A stretch of DNA of 64,000 nucleotides from an uncultured Gemmatimonadales bacterium (GCA_963798085.1 CAWCRS010000005.1:160001-224000), one strand, 5' to 3'. Positions 20,545 to 30,812 are shown, counted from the stretch's first letter. Translations and numbers: made by a program. The notes: generated by a model from the letters alone, not told the origin.

Positions 20545-21851
20545 CACCGGTCCTCCGTCGCGGTCGTGACCTTGCCCTTGATCAGCTTGTCCAGCGTCAT
20601 CGCCTTGTCGCGGTCGAAGTAGACCTTGCCGTCGATGATCGTCTTCTCCACGCGCGAAGCGGGCGCGAACGGGTGACCGTTGAAGATCGCGAGGTCGGCT
20701 TCCTTGCCCACCTCGATCGAGCCCACCTTGTCTGCGACACCCAGCTGCTTCGCGGGATTCAGCGTGATCATCTTGAGCGCTTCCGTCTCGCTCATGTCGC
20801 CGTAGTGCATGCCCATGGCTGCTTCCTGGTACAGCCGGCGCACCCGCTCGTCGGAGTCGGAGTTCACCGACACCACCACGCCGCGCGAGCTCATGATCGC
20901 CATGTTGTACGAAATGCCGTCCGCCGCCTCGACCTTGTAGGCCCACATGTCGGCGAACGTGGAGGCCATCGCACCGTGCTTCGCCAGCTCATCCGCGATC
21001 TTGTAGCCCTCGAGCACGTGCTGGAACGTGTTGATGCGGAAACCGAAGTCCTCCGCGACGCGCATCAGCATCAGGATCTCATCGGCGCGGTAGCTGTGCG
21101 CGTGCACCTTGATCTTGCCGTTCATGATGTCGACCAGCGCCTGTAGTCGCAGATCCTCGCGCGGCGGAATCGCGTCCTTGTTCTTCTTCTTCTCGTCATC
21201 GTACTTCTTCCATGACGCTTCGTATTCCTTTGCCTGCGTGAACCACCAGCGCAGCAGCTGCTCGACGCCCATGCGCGACTTCGGGTAGCGGCGGTTCGCA
21301 TCCGATTCGCTCGAGCTGGCGCGCGTCACGTTCTCGCCCAGTGCAAACTTCACTTCGCGCTGCGCGCCCTGGAAATACAGACTGTCCAGCGGCACGCCCC
21401 AGCGCATCTTGATGATCGCGGACTGCCCGCCAATCGTGTTGGCGCTGCCGTGCAGTACGTTCGCCGCCGTCACACCGCCCGCGAGGGCGCGGTAGATCGT
21501 GGGGTCATCGGGTCGCACCTGCACCTGCACCTCCGGCGTCACCGACTCCGAGCCCTCGTTGGTGCCGCCATCCATGGCCATGTGCGAGTGTGCATCGATG
21601 ATGCCCGGCATCACGTACATATGGGTGCCGTCGATCACGTCGATGCCCGCGGGAATCGACACGTTCTTTCCCACCGCCGTGATCTTGCCGTTGCGCACCA
21701 CTACTGTGCCGTTCTCGATGGTGCCGTTCGTGATCGTGAGAATGGTGGCGTTGCGGATCGCCAGGTTCTGCGCGCGCGCCGCCAGTGGCAGCAGCGGGAC
21801 CAGCGCGCCAGCCAGCAGCGCAGGCCGGAATCGAAGCGTCGCCCGAATCAT
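20544..21851 (-). CDS. secreted amidohydrolase-family protein (intact HxH)
   Basis: signal peptide, PGIIDAHSH, KFALGEN, HAHSY, FQHVLEG, NSDS, GSIEVGKEADL. Confidence 0.9.
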   Translation of the reverse strand: MIRATLRFRPALLAGALVPLLPLAARAQNLAIRNATILTITNGTIENGTVVVRNGKITAVGKNVSIPAGIDVIDGTHMYVMPGIIDAHSHMAMDGGTNEGSESVTPEVQVQVRPDDPTIYRALAGGVTAANVLHGSANTIGGQSAIIKMRWGVPLDSLYFQGAQREVKFALGENVTRASSSESDANRRYPKSRMGVEQLLRWWFTQAKEYEASWKKYDDEKKKNKDAIPPREDLRLQALVDIMNGKIKVHAHSYRADEILMLMRVAEDFGFRINTFQHVLEGYKIADELAKHGAMASTFADMWAYKVEAADGISYNMAIMSSRGVVVSVNSDSDERVRRLYQEAAMGMHYGDMSETEALKMITLNPAKQLGVADKVGSIEVGKEADLAIFNGHPFAPASRVEKTIIDGKVYFDRDKAMTLDKLIKGKVTTATEDR

Positions 21852-23642
21852 CGCGTGCCTCCGTCGTGACCGTCCGTGTTCGACGCGTCCGGCGACCGGC
21901 GCCGTGCGTTCAGCGGGAACTCGCCCATGCCCGCCACACTGATCGTGCCGCTCAGCGCATTGTCCGCGAGCCGGCCCGTGAGCGTGACGTCCATTGCCGC
22001 CATGCCGTCGGGCGTTGCCGTGCCGTGCAGCTTGAACGTCGTGCCGCTCTGCTGGCCGGTCAGGTCGGTGACCGCCATGTCCGTCCACATGCGACCCGTC
22101 AGCGCTTCACCACCCCCGCCGATCGTCAGCGTGAATGCGATGCTGGTGCCCTGGATGTCGAGCGTGCCGCCCCAATCGCCTGTCAGCGCCGCCGCTTCGG
22201 CCGGCGTCGTCGCGGCGGATGCCCTGCCGGCCTCACCGCCATCGCCCGCGCCACCGCCACGGCCGCGGCCCCCACCCTGCGGCCGACGCACCGGCGCGTC
22301 GGAAATCTCGAATTTCTCGCCCTCCACGAAGACATGGCGAACCTTGCCATCCTTCGCGAACAGATCACCCTGCGTGACCACGAGGTTGGCCCATTTTCCC
22401 GGATCAATGCTGCCCATGGCGCCGTCCAGCCCCAGCAGCTTCGCCGGCGTCAGCGTGAGCGCTCGCAGCGCTTCGTCCGGAGACAGGCCCGCCTCGATCG
22501 CGCCCAGGATGCGCTCGTGGAACTGCGCCGGACTCTCCAGGCCGAGACCCGACAGCGCGATCGGCACGCCGCCACCCACCAGCGCGGCCGCGTTGCCGCG
22601 CAAGGTACGCATCGCCGTCGAGTCCTCCGCATCCTTCTCGCGATCCGGGCCGGACATTGGCGCCACGTGCAGCTCCCACGCGCGACCGGTGACCTGAGCC
22701 GGCTGCGGGTAGTTGAGTGACACGATCACGGGACGGCCCGCAGCCTTCAGGCGATCCAGCATCTGATAGCCCTCCTGCACGCCCACGAGCGTGTAATCCG
22801 CCACACCCAGGTCTTTCGTCAATGTGAGCACCCGCTCGATATCCCAGGCGCGCGTAACCTCGAACCACACCGGCATGGCGCCGCCTGCAGCGGGCTGCAG
22901 TGCCACATCCTCCGCGTCATAGCTGGGCAGCGGCGTCGTTGTCGGGTTCTTCTGGAATGCAGCACTGACCTGCGCCGCATAGCGCGCGTCCATGAAGGAC
23001 TGGCGGATGTACGCCAGCGTCCCCATCAGCGTGGACGGGTAGCCGCCACCTCGCCGGCGGCCCAGCGCCACCTGCTGCGCCACGGGATTGCGCACCACCA
23101 GAATGTTCGGGATCACTGTCGCGCAGATCGATCGCAGTCACGCGGCCCGGGAAAATGCCGCCTGAGAACGCCAGGCCGACGGTCGTGAAGCCCGCCGCGC
23201 GCAGCGCATCGAGATCGTCATCAGCCGGATGGAAGACATCGGCCGCGGATCGGGCCGGACTCAGCTCCGGTGGTGGACCCGACGGCTCCGCGCCTCGGCC
23301 ACCCGGTGCCGGACCCTCTTCGCCGCCACCGCCGAAGCCGCCCTGCTGAATGCGCGGAAGCCCCACGCTGTTCGCCGCGTCGATCAGCCCCGGATATACC
23401 GTGAGCCCACTGAAATCCAGCGTGACCACGCCCGCTGGCACCGTGACGTGATCGCCCACTGCGTCGATGCGGCCGTCGCGCACCACCACCGTGCCGCGCT
23501 CGATCACGCGACCCGGCGCCGCCACAATGCGCACGTTGGTCAATGCGAAGTTGCGCGGCGCCACGACGTCCTGCTGCGCCGCCAACGGACTGGATGTCAG
23601 GGCTGTTGCGACGAGGATCCAGGCGAAGGATGTTCGTCTCAT
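21848..23642 (-). CDS. secreted amidohydrolase-family protein with C-terminal beta domain (apparent frameshift near 23115)
   Basis: signal peptide and VYPGLIDAAN in ORF 22917-23720; YPSTLMG, ALTLTPAK, GSIDPGKWANLVV in ORF 21848-23116. Confidence 0.8.
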
Positions 23643-23725
23643 GACGCGTCTGCTCCGGTTAGCTGGGAAGGGCGCCAACGTAGCCTCGCGCTTCCGCAGC
23701 CGCAACGGATCCAGGCGCAAGCAAC

Positions 23726-23754
23726 GAGGGCTCCCCGAACGGCGGGGAGCCCTC
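23726..23754. terminator. perfect 12-bp GC-rich hairpin, probable terminator for the minus-strand lipoprotein gene
   Basis: GAGGGCTCCCCG-AACGG-CGGGGAGCCCTC; U-tract weak. Confidence 0.55.
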
Positions 23755-23782
23755 CATGCTCATGATGCAGAAGTCGCTTCGA

Positions 23783-24700
23783 TCAGTTGCAGTGTCCCGG
23801 CCCGGTCAGACCGCTGTTGTAGTTGTCCAGCGTTCCCGCCAGTGCAATGAACTGCTGGCGCAGAGAATTGTTGCCCTTCAGTGCGCCGATCTGCGCCGGC
23901 GTATACGTGTTGAACAGCGTCGTCGCGGTGCTGATGGCCGCATCCACCGCTGCCGTCGAACCCGCGCCCGCCAGCTTGTTCAGCACCGCAGCCATGTACT
24001 GCGGCGCGAGCTGGTAATAGGCATTGCCGGCTGGCGCGATCTGGAACACGCCAAACCACGAAGTGCCGCTCAGGAAGAATGGCGACTGCTCCGCAGACGG
24101 CTGGATCAGCGCCCAGGTCGGATCCGTGGGCGCGCCGCCCTTGAACGAATTGTTGTGCGTCTTCCAGTAGCCCTGCGTCAGCGTGCAGCCTGCGCCGGGT
24201 GCTGCTACGTTGACGAAGTTCACCGCCCAGCCCGCATCGTTGCCGAAATTGCCCACATCCACCGTCGCCGACGTCGATTTCGAATTGAGCGCCGGCACCC
24301 CTGAAACAGGGAACGAAGGCGTGGTCACGAACAGATACTGATCGACATGGTCGAACAGCGTGCCCGCCGGCAGATTGACCTCGGAGATGCGCACCTTCTG
24401 TGCATTCCCCGTCGTCGTCGCGACCACCGCGCACTGACCCGCGTCCAGCGTGAAGCTGCCACCCAGAGGCAGCGTGACGTCGCCGGTCAGCGCCGCGATC
24501 GTGAAGTTGTACGTGCCCGCGGGCCCCGTCTTGCAGGCCTCGACCTCGAAATGGTTGATCGCGTTACCGGGACTGAAAGCGAACGCCGGCGCGAACGCCG
24601 GGCGACCCGTCGCACCAACCGGGTCCTTCGCCTGCTCGCACGCGACCGCGGCCACCACGGCACACGCCGCCATTGTGAGCTGTCTTGCACCCATCGCCAA
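23783..24700 (-). CDS. hypothetical lipoprotein with C-terminal GCTLTQGYWKTH domain
   Basis: AGGAGG RBS, lipobox-like AVAC, GCTLTQGYWKTH, LAPQYMAAVLN, LDNYNSG..GPGHC. Confidence 0.75.
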   Translation of the reverse strand: MAMGARQLTMAACAVVAAVACEQAKDPVGATGRPAFAPAFAFSPGNAINHFEVEACKTGPAGTYNFTIAALTGDVTLPLGGSFTLDAGQCAVVATTTGNAQKVRISEVNLPAGTLFDHVDQYLFVTTPSFPVSGVPALNSKSTSATVDVGNFGNDAGWAVNFVNVAAPGAGCTLTQGYWKTHNNSFKGGAPTDPTWALIQPSAEQSPFFLSGTSWFGVFQIAPAGNAYYQLAPQYMAAVLNKLAGAGSTAAVDAAISTATTLFNTYTPAQIGALKGNNSLRQQFIALAGTLDNYNSGLTGPGHCN

Positions 24701-25151
24701 CCTCCTGGATTGTCGTCGAACTGTGGGGGATGTTCCTCGCCTTGGGATTCGCGGTCATAAGCGATCCTCATGCCGTCGCCCGGCAGAATCTGGCCAGGCT
24801 CGATTACGCTGGAATTTCGCCGGGCTGGCGTCCATAGCCACCAAGTTCATGCTCTCCTATATCGCGTGGTGAGACGGCAACGCCTTCGACGCCGAAAGGA
24901 CTGTCTGTCCGCCCGGAACGACGTATATCTTCCGGTAGATCATGGCCCGCTTCTTCCACTGCAGATCCACGGGCGTGCAGGACCAGTTGCGGCAGCAGCG
25001 CAGTGAATCACGCAGGCACGGCCTCGGTGGGATTGTCATCGGACCGTCAGAGTTGGGGACTGGACTCAGCGGTTGCCGAGTGCTCGATGCAACACGCCGG
25101 GAAACGGTGGGCCGCACCCGCCTGACCGACCGGCGAGTGGAGATTGAGTTG

Positions 25152-25796
25152 GTGACGACGCCAATCCGTCTGGTAATTGCCGACGATCACCCGATCGTGC
25201 TCAATGGGCTGTGCACGCTTTTCGGGAATCACGCAGGCACGGAGGTCGTGGCTCGGTGTGCCAATGGCGACCTCGCCCTGGAGGCCATCCGGCTGCACCG
25301 GCCGGAAGTCGCCATCCTCGACCTGCACATGCCCGAGCTGGGCGGGATCGAAGCCCTGCGCCGCATACGCGAGGAGCGGCTTCCGTGTCGCGTCGTTCTG
25401 CTGGCCAGTGCCATCACCGATGAGGAGGCGCTCCAGGCCGGACGTCTCGCCGTGGATGGGGTCGCGCTCAAAGCGCTCGATTCCGAGCTGCTGCTCGAAT
25501 GCGTGCACAAGGTTGCGGCTGGTGAACGCTGGCTGGAAAAACAATCAGCCGGCAGGCTCATCGACAACCTGCTGCGCGCCACCCCACGGCCCCAGCAGCC
25601 CCAGCGGCTTCTCACCACACGCGAGATCGAGTTGATACAACTGGTTGCCGCCGGACTGCGGAACAAGGAGATCTCCCAGCGACTACGCATCCAGGAAGGC
25701 ACCGTGAAGATCCACCTGCACAACATCTACGAGAAACTGGAGATCGAGAACCGCGTGCAGCTCCTGCTCTACGCGCAGGCCCGGGGCATCGCGTGA
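25152..25796 (+). CDS. NarL/LuxR-family response regulator
   Basis: IADDHPIV, ILDLHMP, LTTREIELIQLVAAGLRNKEI, TVKIHLHNIYEKL. Confidence 0.92.
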   Translation: MTTPIRLVIADDHPIVLNGLCTLFGNHAGTEVVARCANGDLALEAIRLHRPEVAILDLHMPELGGIEALRRIREERLPCRVVLLASAITDEEALQAGRLAVDGVALKALDSELLLECVHKVAAGERWLEKQSAGRLIDNLLRATPRPQQPQRLLTTREIELIQLVAAGLRNKEISQRLRIQEGTVKIHLHNIYEKLEIENRVQLLLYAQARGIA

Positions 25797-25806
25797 GTCA
25801 CGCATC

Positions 25807-26910
25807 ATGACATCCCGTTCCAGGCGACGACTCATCGTCACGCTCTTCGCCGTGACGCTGGCCGCTCTGGGGACGCTGACGTGTTCGCCCGGCTACGTCA
25901 TCCGCGCGGGCATCGAGGAGAGTCGCATCCTGAGCCGCCGACGAGCCATCGCCGACGTCGTCGCCGACAGCAGCACCGCGCCCGGCGTGCGCGCGCAACT
26001 CGGCCTGGTCGAGCAGTCCCGCGACTATGCCGTTCGCGTCCTGCACCTGAAGGCCGGTGACAGCTACACCACGTACTCATGGGTGGACCACGACACACTG
26101 CTGCTCGTCGTGTCCGCCGCCTACAAGGATCGCTTCCAGCCGTACACCTGGTGGTTTCCCATTGTCGGCCGCGTCCCCTATAAGGGCTTCTTCGATTTCG
26201 ACGCCGCGTATCGCACGGCCGCACAACTCGACAGGCGAGGCTTCGATACGTACGTGCGCCCCAGCTCTGCGTTCAGCACGCTCGGCTTCTTCAATGACCC
26301 TGTCCTCAACACTGCGCTGCGCACGGATGACGTCGGCATTGCCTCCACTGTGATTCACGAGCTGCTGCACAACACGCTGTTCATTCCCAGCCAGGTCGCG
26401 TTCAACGAGAGCCTGGCCAGCTTCGTGGGAGATCGCGGCGCGGTGGGCTTTTTCTGCGCTCGTGATGGCGACGACGCCGAAACCTGCCATCACGCGCAGA
26501 ACGAATGGGAGGACGACCTCACGTTCGGTGCCTTCCTGTCCGACCTGGTCGACAATCTCGAACGCCTCTACGCGCGCACCGACATCGACAGCACCGCGAA
26601 GATCGCGCAGCGCGAACGCGTGTTCGCGGATGCGAAGCAGCACTTCCAGGCCGATGTCGAGCCTCGCCTGCACGCTTCCTATCGCGGCTTTACGCAGCGG
26701 CCGCTCAACAACGCCACGCTCATCGGCATCCGGCTCTACTACCGCCGGCTCGACCTGTTCGAGCAGGTCTTCGAGCACGAAGGCCGCGACCTCGTCGCTT
26801 CCATCCTCGCCATCCAGAAGGCGACCGGCGAGCATCAGGGCGACCCCTATGCCGCCGTCGAGCGCATCCTCGCCGCGCCACCGGAACCACGCCCGCCTGC
26901 GCCCGATTGA
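25807..26910 (+). CDS. putative secreted zinc aminopeptidase (DUF2265-like)
   Basis: WWFPIVGRVPYKGFF, STLGFFNDP, IHELLHNT (HExxH), FNES. Confidence 0.85.
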   Translation: MTSRSRRRLIVTLFAVTLAALGTLTCSPGYVIRAGIEESRILSRRRAIADVVADSSTAPGVRAQLGLVEQSRDYAVRVLHLKAGDSYTTYSWVDHDTLLLVVSAAYKDRFQPYTWWFPIVGRVPYKGFFDFDAAYRTAAQLDRRGFDTYVRPSSAFSTLGFFNDPVLNTALRTDDVGIASTVIHELLHNTLFIPSQVAFNESLASFVGDRGAVGFFCARDGDDAETCHHAQNEWEDDLTFGAFLSDLVDNLERLYARTDIDSTAKIAQRERVFADAKQHFQADVEPRLHASYRGFTQRPLNNATLIGIRLYYRRLDLFEQVFEHEGRDLVASILAIQKATGEHQGDPYAAVERILAAPPEPRPPAPD

Positions 26911-26970
26911 GTGCCGGAACCGGACGGGGTATATTCCCCGATCCGATTGACAGAAGAGAGCTTGCGAGAC

Positions 26971-29466
26971 ATGAGCGACCGGAAGCGCGATCCCTACCGT
27001 CCCGCCGACGTCGAGGAAAAATGGCAGCGCACATGGCAGGAGCGCGGCAGCAACACGCGCTCTGACGAAGTGCTGGCAACAGCGCCGCGGCCGTTCTACA
27101 ACCTCATGATGTTCCCCTACCCGTCCGCCGAAGGCCTGCACGTCGGCAACATGTACGCCTTCACCGGCGCCGACATCTACGGCCGCTGGCGGCGCCTGCA
27201 GGGCGAGGACGTGTTCGAGCCCATCGGCTTCGATGCCTTCGGCATCCACTCGGAGAACTTCGCGCTCAAGATGGGCGTCCACCCGATGGAGCTGATTCCC
27301 CGCAATGTCGCCAACTTCACGCGCCAGCTGCACCGCATCGGCGCGATGTACGACTGGAATCACACGGTCAATACCACCGACCCGGCGTACTACAAGTGGA
27401 CCCAGTGGCTCTTCGTGCAGCTGTTCCGCCAGGGTCTGGCCGAAAAACGCGAGGCGCCCGTCAACTGGTGCCCCTCCTGCAAGACCGTGCTGGCCAATGA
27501 ACAGGTCATTGCGGGCGCCTGCGAACGCTGCGGCACACCGGTCGAGCAGCGCTTCCTCTCGCAGTGGTTCTTCCGCATTACCGCGTACGCGCAGCGCCTG
27601 CTCGACAACCTGTCCTGGATCGACTGGTCGGACACCACCAGGCGAGCCCAGGAAAACTGGATCGGCAGAAGCGATGGCGCCGAGCTGCACTTCCCCATCG
27701 CCCGGCCACACCTCACCCCGGACATCCATGCGCCCGCGGCGCTGCACGCCGGCGACCACCGCATTACGGTGTTCACGACGCGCCCTGACACGGTGTTTGG
27801 CGCCACCTTCATGGTGCTGGCGCCCGAGCATCCGCTGGTGGAGACAATCACCACCGGGCACCAGCGAGCCGAGGTGGACGCCTACCGCGAGCTGGTCGCG
27901 TCCATGGACCTGGTCGCGCGCCGCAAGACCGACAAGCGCAAGACCGGCGTCTTCACGGGCAGCCATTGCGTGAATCCGGCCACCGGCGAGGAGATACCGG
28001 TCTGGATCGCCGACTACGTGCTCATGGACTACGGCACCGGCGCCATCATGGCGGTGCCCGGTCACGACGAGCGCGATTTCGAGTTCGCCACAGACTTCGG
28101 TCTGCCCATTGTGCGTGTGGTCGCCGAATCCACGGATCAGGCGACGACGCCGCTCGATGCGCCGTACACCGGACCCGGCGTGCTGGTGAACTCCAACCGG
28201 TTCTCCGGCATGGACGCGCAGGATGCGGTGGGCGCCATCACGGCATGGCTGCAGGAACGCAAGCTGGGTGAGCCGCGCGTGAACTTCCGCATCCACGACT
28301 GGTGCATTTCACGCCAGCGCTACTGGGGCCCACCCATCCCCGTGATCTACTGCGACCAGTGTGGCGCCGTGCCGGTCCCCGAAAAGGACCTGCCCGTCGT
28401 GCTGCCATGGGTGGAGAACTACAAGCCGGATGAGAGCGGCATCAGTCCGCTGGCACGCGTCGAGGAATGGTATCGCGTACCCTGCCCGCAGTGCGGCGAG
28501 GAAGGCCGCCGCGAAACCGATGTGAGCGATACGTTCCTGGACAGCGCATGGTACTTCCTGCGCTATCCGTCAGCCCATCGCGAGGACATTGCGTTCGATG
28601 CGCAGCTCACCGCGAAGTGGCTGCCCGTCGACATGTACATTGGCGGTGAGGAGCATGCCGTGCTCCACCTGCTGTACAGCCGCTTCGTCACCATGGCGCT
28701 GCACGATGCCGGGCTGCTGCCCTTCGAGGAGCCGTACACCACCTTCCGCAAGCACGGGCTGCTGATCAAGGAAGGCTCCAAGATGTCGAAGAGCCGCGGC
28801 AACGTGGTGATCCCGGACAGGTACATCGAGCAGTGGGGCGCAGACACATTCCGCACCTACCTCATGTTCCTGGGACCCTACCAGGAAGGCGGCGATTTCC
28901 GCGACCAGGGACTGCAGGGCCCGTTCGGCTTCCTGAGCCGGCTCTGGGAGACCGTAGTTCCCGTGGAAGAGCTGGGCACGGCCCCGGTGAGCGGCGCTCT
29001 GGAGCAGAAGCTGCACGCCACCATACGCAAGGTGACCGAAGACATTGCCGGCCTGCACTACAACACCGCGATTGCTGCGCTGATGGAGTACCTCAACGCG
29101 GTGCGTGAGGGCGGCCGGCAGCCCAATCGCGCCGAGGTGGAGCCCGTGGTTCCGCTGGTCGCGCCGTTCGCGCCGCATATCGCGGAGGAGTTGTGGCAGC
29201 GCCTGGGCCATCCTAACGGTCTGTTCGATGGCCACGCGGCCTGGCCCGCCTTTGATCCGGCAAAGGCGACCGCTGATGTCGTCGAGCTGGTGGTGCAGGT
29301 CAACGGCAAGGTGCGCGCGCGGCTCAGCCTGCCGCGCGGTACCAGCGAAGCTGCCGCACGCAGCGCCGCACTCGGTGACGAGAACGTCGCCCGCTTCCTG
29401 AATGGCGGCACCGTGCACAAGGTGATCTTCGTGCCCGACCGGCTGCTCAATCTCGTGATTCGCTGA
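26971..29466 (+). CDS. leuS: leucine--tRNA ligase
   Basis: MFPYPSAEGLHVGN (HIGH), FTTRPDT, YGTGAIMAVPGHD, DWCISRQRYWG, KMSKS, VQVNGK. Confidence 0.97.
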   Translation: MSDRKRDPYRPADVEEKWQRTWQERGSNTRSDEVLATAPRPFYNLMMFPYPSAEGLHVGNMYAFTGADIYGRWRRLQGEDVFEPIGFDAFGIHSENFALKMGVHPMELIPRNVANFTRQLHRIGAMYDWNHTVNTTDPAYYKWTQWLFVQLFRQGLAEKREAPVNWCPSCKTVLANEQVIAGACERCGTPVEQRFLSQWFFRITAYAQRLLDNLSWIDWSDTTRRAQENWIGRSDGAELHFPIARPHLTPDIHAPAALHAGDHRITVFTTRPDTVFGATFMVLAPEHPLVETITTGHQRAEVDAYRELVASMDLVARRKTDKRKTGVFTGSHCVNPATGEEIPVWIADYVLMDYGTGAIMAVPGHDERDFEFATDFGLPIVRVVAESTDQATTPLDAPYTGPGVLVNSNRFSGMDAQDAVGAITAWLQERKLGEPRVNFRIHDWCISRQRYWGPPIPVIYCDQCGAVPVPEKDLPVVLPWVENYKPDESGISPLARVEEWYRVPCPQCGEEGRRETDVSDTFLDSAWYFLRYPSAHREDIAFDAQLTAKWLPVDMYIGGEEHAVLHLLYSRFVTMALHDAGLLPFEEPYTTFRKHGLLIKEGSKMSKSRGNVVIPDRYIEQWGADTFRTYLMFLGPYQEGGDFRDQGLQGPFGFLSRLWETVVPVEELGTAPVSGALEQKLHATIRKVTEDIAGLHYNTAIAALMEYLNAVREGGRQPNRAEVEPVVPLVAPFAPHIAEELWQRLGHPNGLFDGHAAWPAFDPAKATADVVELVVQVNGKVRARLSLPRGTSEAAARSAALGDENVARFLNGGTVHKVIFVPDRLLNLVIR

Positions 29467-29551
29467 GCTGCGGTGCGCGCCCGACTGCGGAGGCCGCCGC
29501 AGGACGGCGCGCGCTTCGCAGGCAGACGCGTCGATGCGCCGTTCCCTTCCG

Positions 29552-29581
29552 TTGACACCCCCCCTGCTTCGCCTTTATTTT
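29552..29581 (+). promoter_or_regulatory. probable sigma70 promoter of tRNA array
   Basis: TTGACA (29552-29557), 18-nt spacer, TATTTT (29576-29581), 11 nt before the first tRNA. Confidence 0.55.
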
Positions 29582-29592
29582 ACCCGTCTTGC

Positions 29593-29666
29593 CGCGGGGT
29601 GGAGCAGTCTGGTAGCTCGCCGGGCTCATAACCCGGAGGTCGCGGGTTCAAATCCCGCCCCCGCCA
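29593..29666 (+). tRNA. tRNA-fMet (CAT), initiator
   Basis: cloverleaf, unpaired C1, three G-C pairs at end of anticodon stem, loop CTCATAA. Confidence 0.93.
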
Positions 29667-29907
29667 TAAGCGCCGTGAGTGCGGCGCGTGCGGTCCCTGG
29701 CTTCAGCGAGTGCATATGTCGCAAACGTCGTTCCGTCGCGCCCGACCGTACGCCGGCGCTCCGCGCACGGCGGGCGATGAAGTCTGGCCGGGAACCGCGG
29801 GAGAGGCCTGACAGACGACGCGTCCCTGACGCTCGACTCTCCCGCCCGCGCCGCTCGAGCCGCGCGGGCTTCTTGTTCCCGGGTCCGTCGTCACACCGGG
29901 AACGCCG

Positions 29908-29980
29908 GGCCAGGTAGCTCAGTTGGTAGAGCACACGACTGAAAATCGTGGTGTCGGCAGTTCAATTCTGCCCCTGGCCA
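29908..29980 (+). tRNA. tRNA-Phe (GAA)
   Basis: cloverleaf, loop CTGAAAA. Confidence 0.95.
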
Positions 29981-30050
29981 CTTGCCGTTGGGAACGCTGC
30001 CTCGCGGCACCGGCAGCACGACGGGTCGGACCGCTGGACCGGGGGCGTGA

Positions 30051-30123
30051 ACGTCCGTAGCTCAATTGGTAGAGCACCGGTCTCCAAAACCGGGGGTTGC
30101 GGGTTCGATTCCCTCCGGACGTG
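30051..30123 (+). tRNA. tRNA-Trp (CCA)
   Basis: cloverleaf, loop CTCCAAA. Confidence 0.95.
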
Positions 30124-30234
30124 TGTGGCCGAGACTGGTGCAGGCGTCGAGAAGCGGGCCGGAGACATCAGTCTCGGCGCGACGGAACGAAATCGAGGGC
30201 GCGGCAGCCTCCGGCGAGGGTTTCGCTGGATGGG

Positions 30235-30280
30235 AAGGGCCCGCCGTCCTGCGGGCGTCGGGCTCGCGAGGGAAAGGCGA
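30235..30280 (+). repeat. solo degenerate copy of the tRNA-array repeat (array-2 orientation)
   Basis: AAGGGCCCGCCGTCCTGCGGGCGTCGGGCTCGCG..GGAAAGGCG versus array-2 end AAAGGCCCGCCGCCTCCGGGCGTCGGGCTCGCG..GGAAAGGCG. Confidence 0.8.
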
Positions 30281-30284
30281 AACG

Positions 30285-30357
30285 GCCCCCATCGTCTAGT
30301 GGCCCAGGACATCTGGTTCTCAGCCAGAAAACCGGGGTTCGATTCCCCGTGGGGGTA
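30285..30357 (+). tRNA. tRNA-Glu (CTC)
   Basis: cloverleaf, loop TTCTCAG. Confidence 0.93.
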
Positions 30358-30403
30358 TGGAGGTTGACAGAGCGCCCGGGAGTTTGGCGGGATCAGGGGC
30401 CCG

Positions 30404-30476
30404 GCTCGCGTAGCTCAGCCGGCAGAGCACTTCCTTGGTAAGGAAGAGGCCACGGGTTCGAGTCCCGTCGCGAGCT
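30404..30476 (+). tRNA. tRNA-Thr (GGT)
   Basis: cloverleaf, loop TTGGTAA. Confidence 0.94.
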
Positions 30477-30604
30477 TCGGATGCAAGGTGGGGCGAGCTG
30501 GAGGTCGGAGTTGCCGGGCGCGAGCGATGCGGCGCTCGCGCGACGGGGACCTGCTGGGACGCGGCTCGCGAGAATTGGAACGGGCTCGCACGCGAACGCA
30601 ACGG

Positions 30605-30676
30605 GCCCCCATCGTCTAACGGTCAGGACGCCACTCTTTCAAGGTGGAGACCGGGGTTCGATTCCCCGTGGGGGCG
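30605..30676 (+). tRNA. tRNA-Glu (TTC)
   Basis: cloverleaf, loop CTTTCAA. Confidence 0.94.
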
Positions 30677-30705
30677 TGGTCGCAAACGGGTGGGTGCACA
30701 GGAGC

Positions 30706-30778
30706 GCGGGCGTAGCTCAGTTGGTAGAGCGTCTGCTTGCCATGCAGAAGGTCGCCGGTTCGAGTCCGGTCGCCCGCT
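30706..30778 (+). tRNA. tRNA-Gly (GCC)
   Basis: cloverleaf, loop TTGCCAT. Confidence 0.95.
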
Positions 30779-30812
30779 GGTCGGGATCCCGCAGCGGGGA
30801 TCCATTGGTTCA

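Noticed and set aside
23100..23130. Programmed frameshifting in the amidohydrolase (and in the ligase near 61862)
   Set aside because: No slippery heptamer or stimulatory structure seen; a simple indel error or mutation is more parsimonious
26947..26956. TTGACAGAAG identical to the his promoter -35 region, upstream of leuS
   Set aside because: No -10 box at a usable spacing; a 10-nt match can occur by chance
26077..28296. Long antisense ORFs (for example 739 aa opposite leuS, 582 aa opposite the hybrid kinase)
   Set aside because: Shadow ORFs typical of high-GC coding regions, with no recognisable motifs
29785..29830. T-box riboswitch (GGGAACCGCG ... CGTCCC) next to leuS and tRNAs
   Set aside because: No UGGN bulge, no recognisable specifier stem, and it lies downstream rather than upstream of leuS
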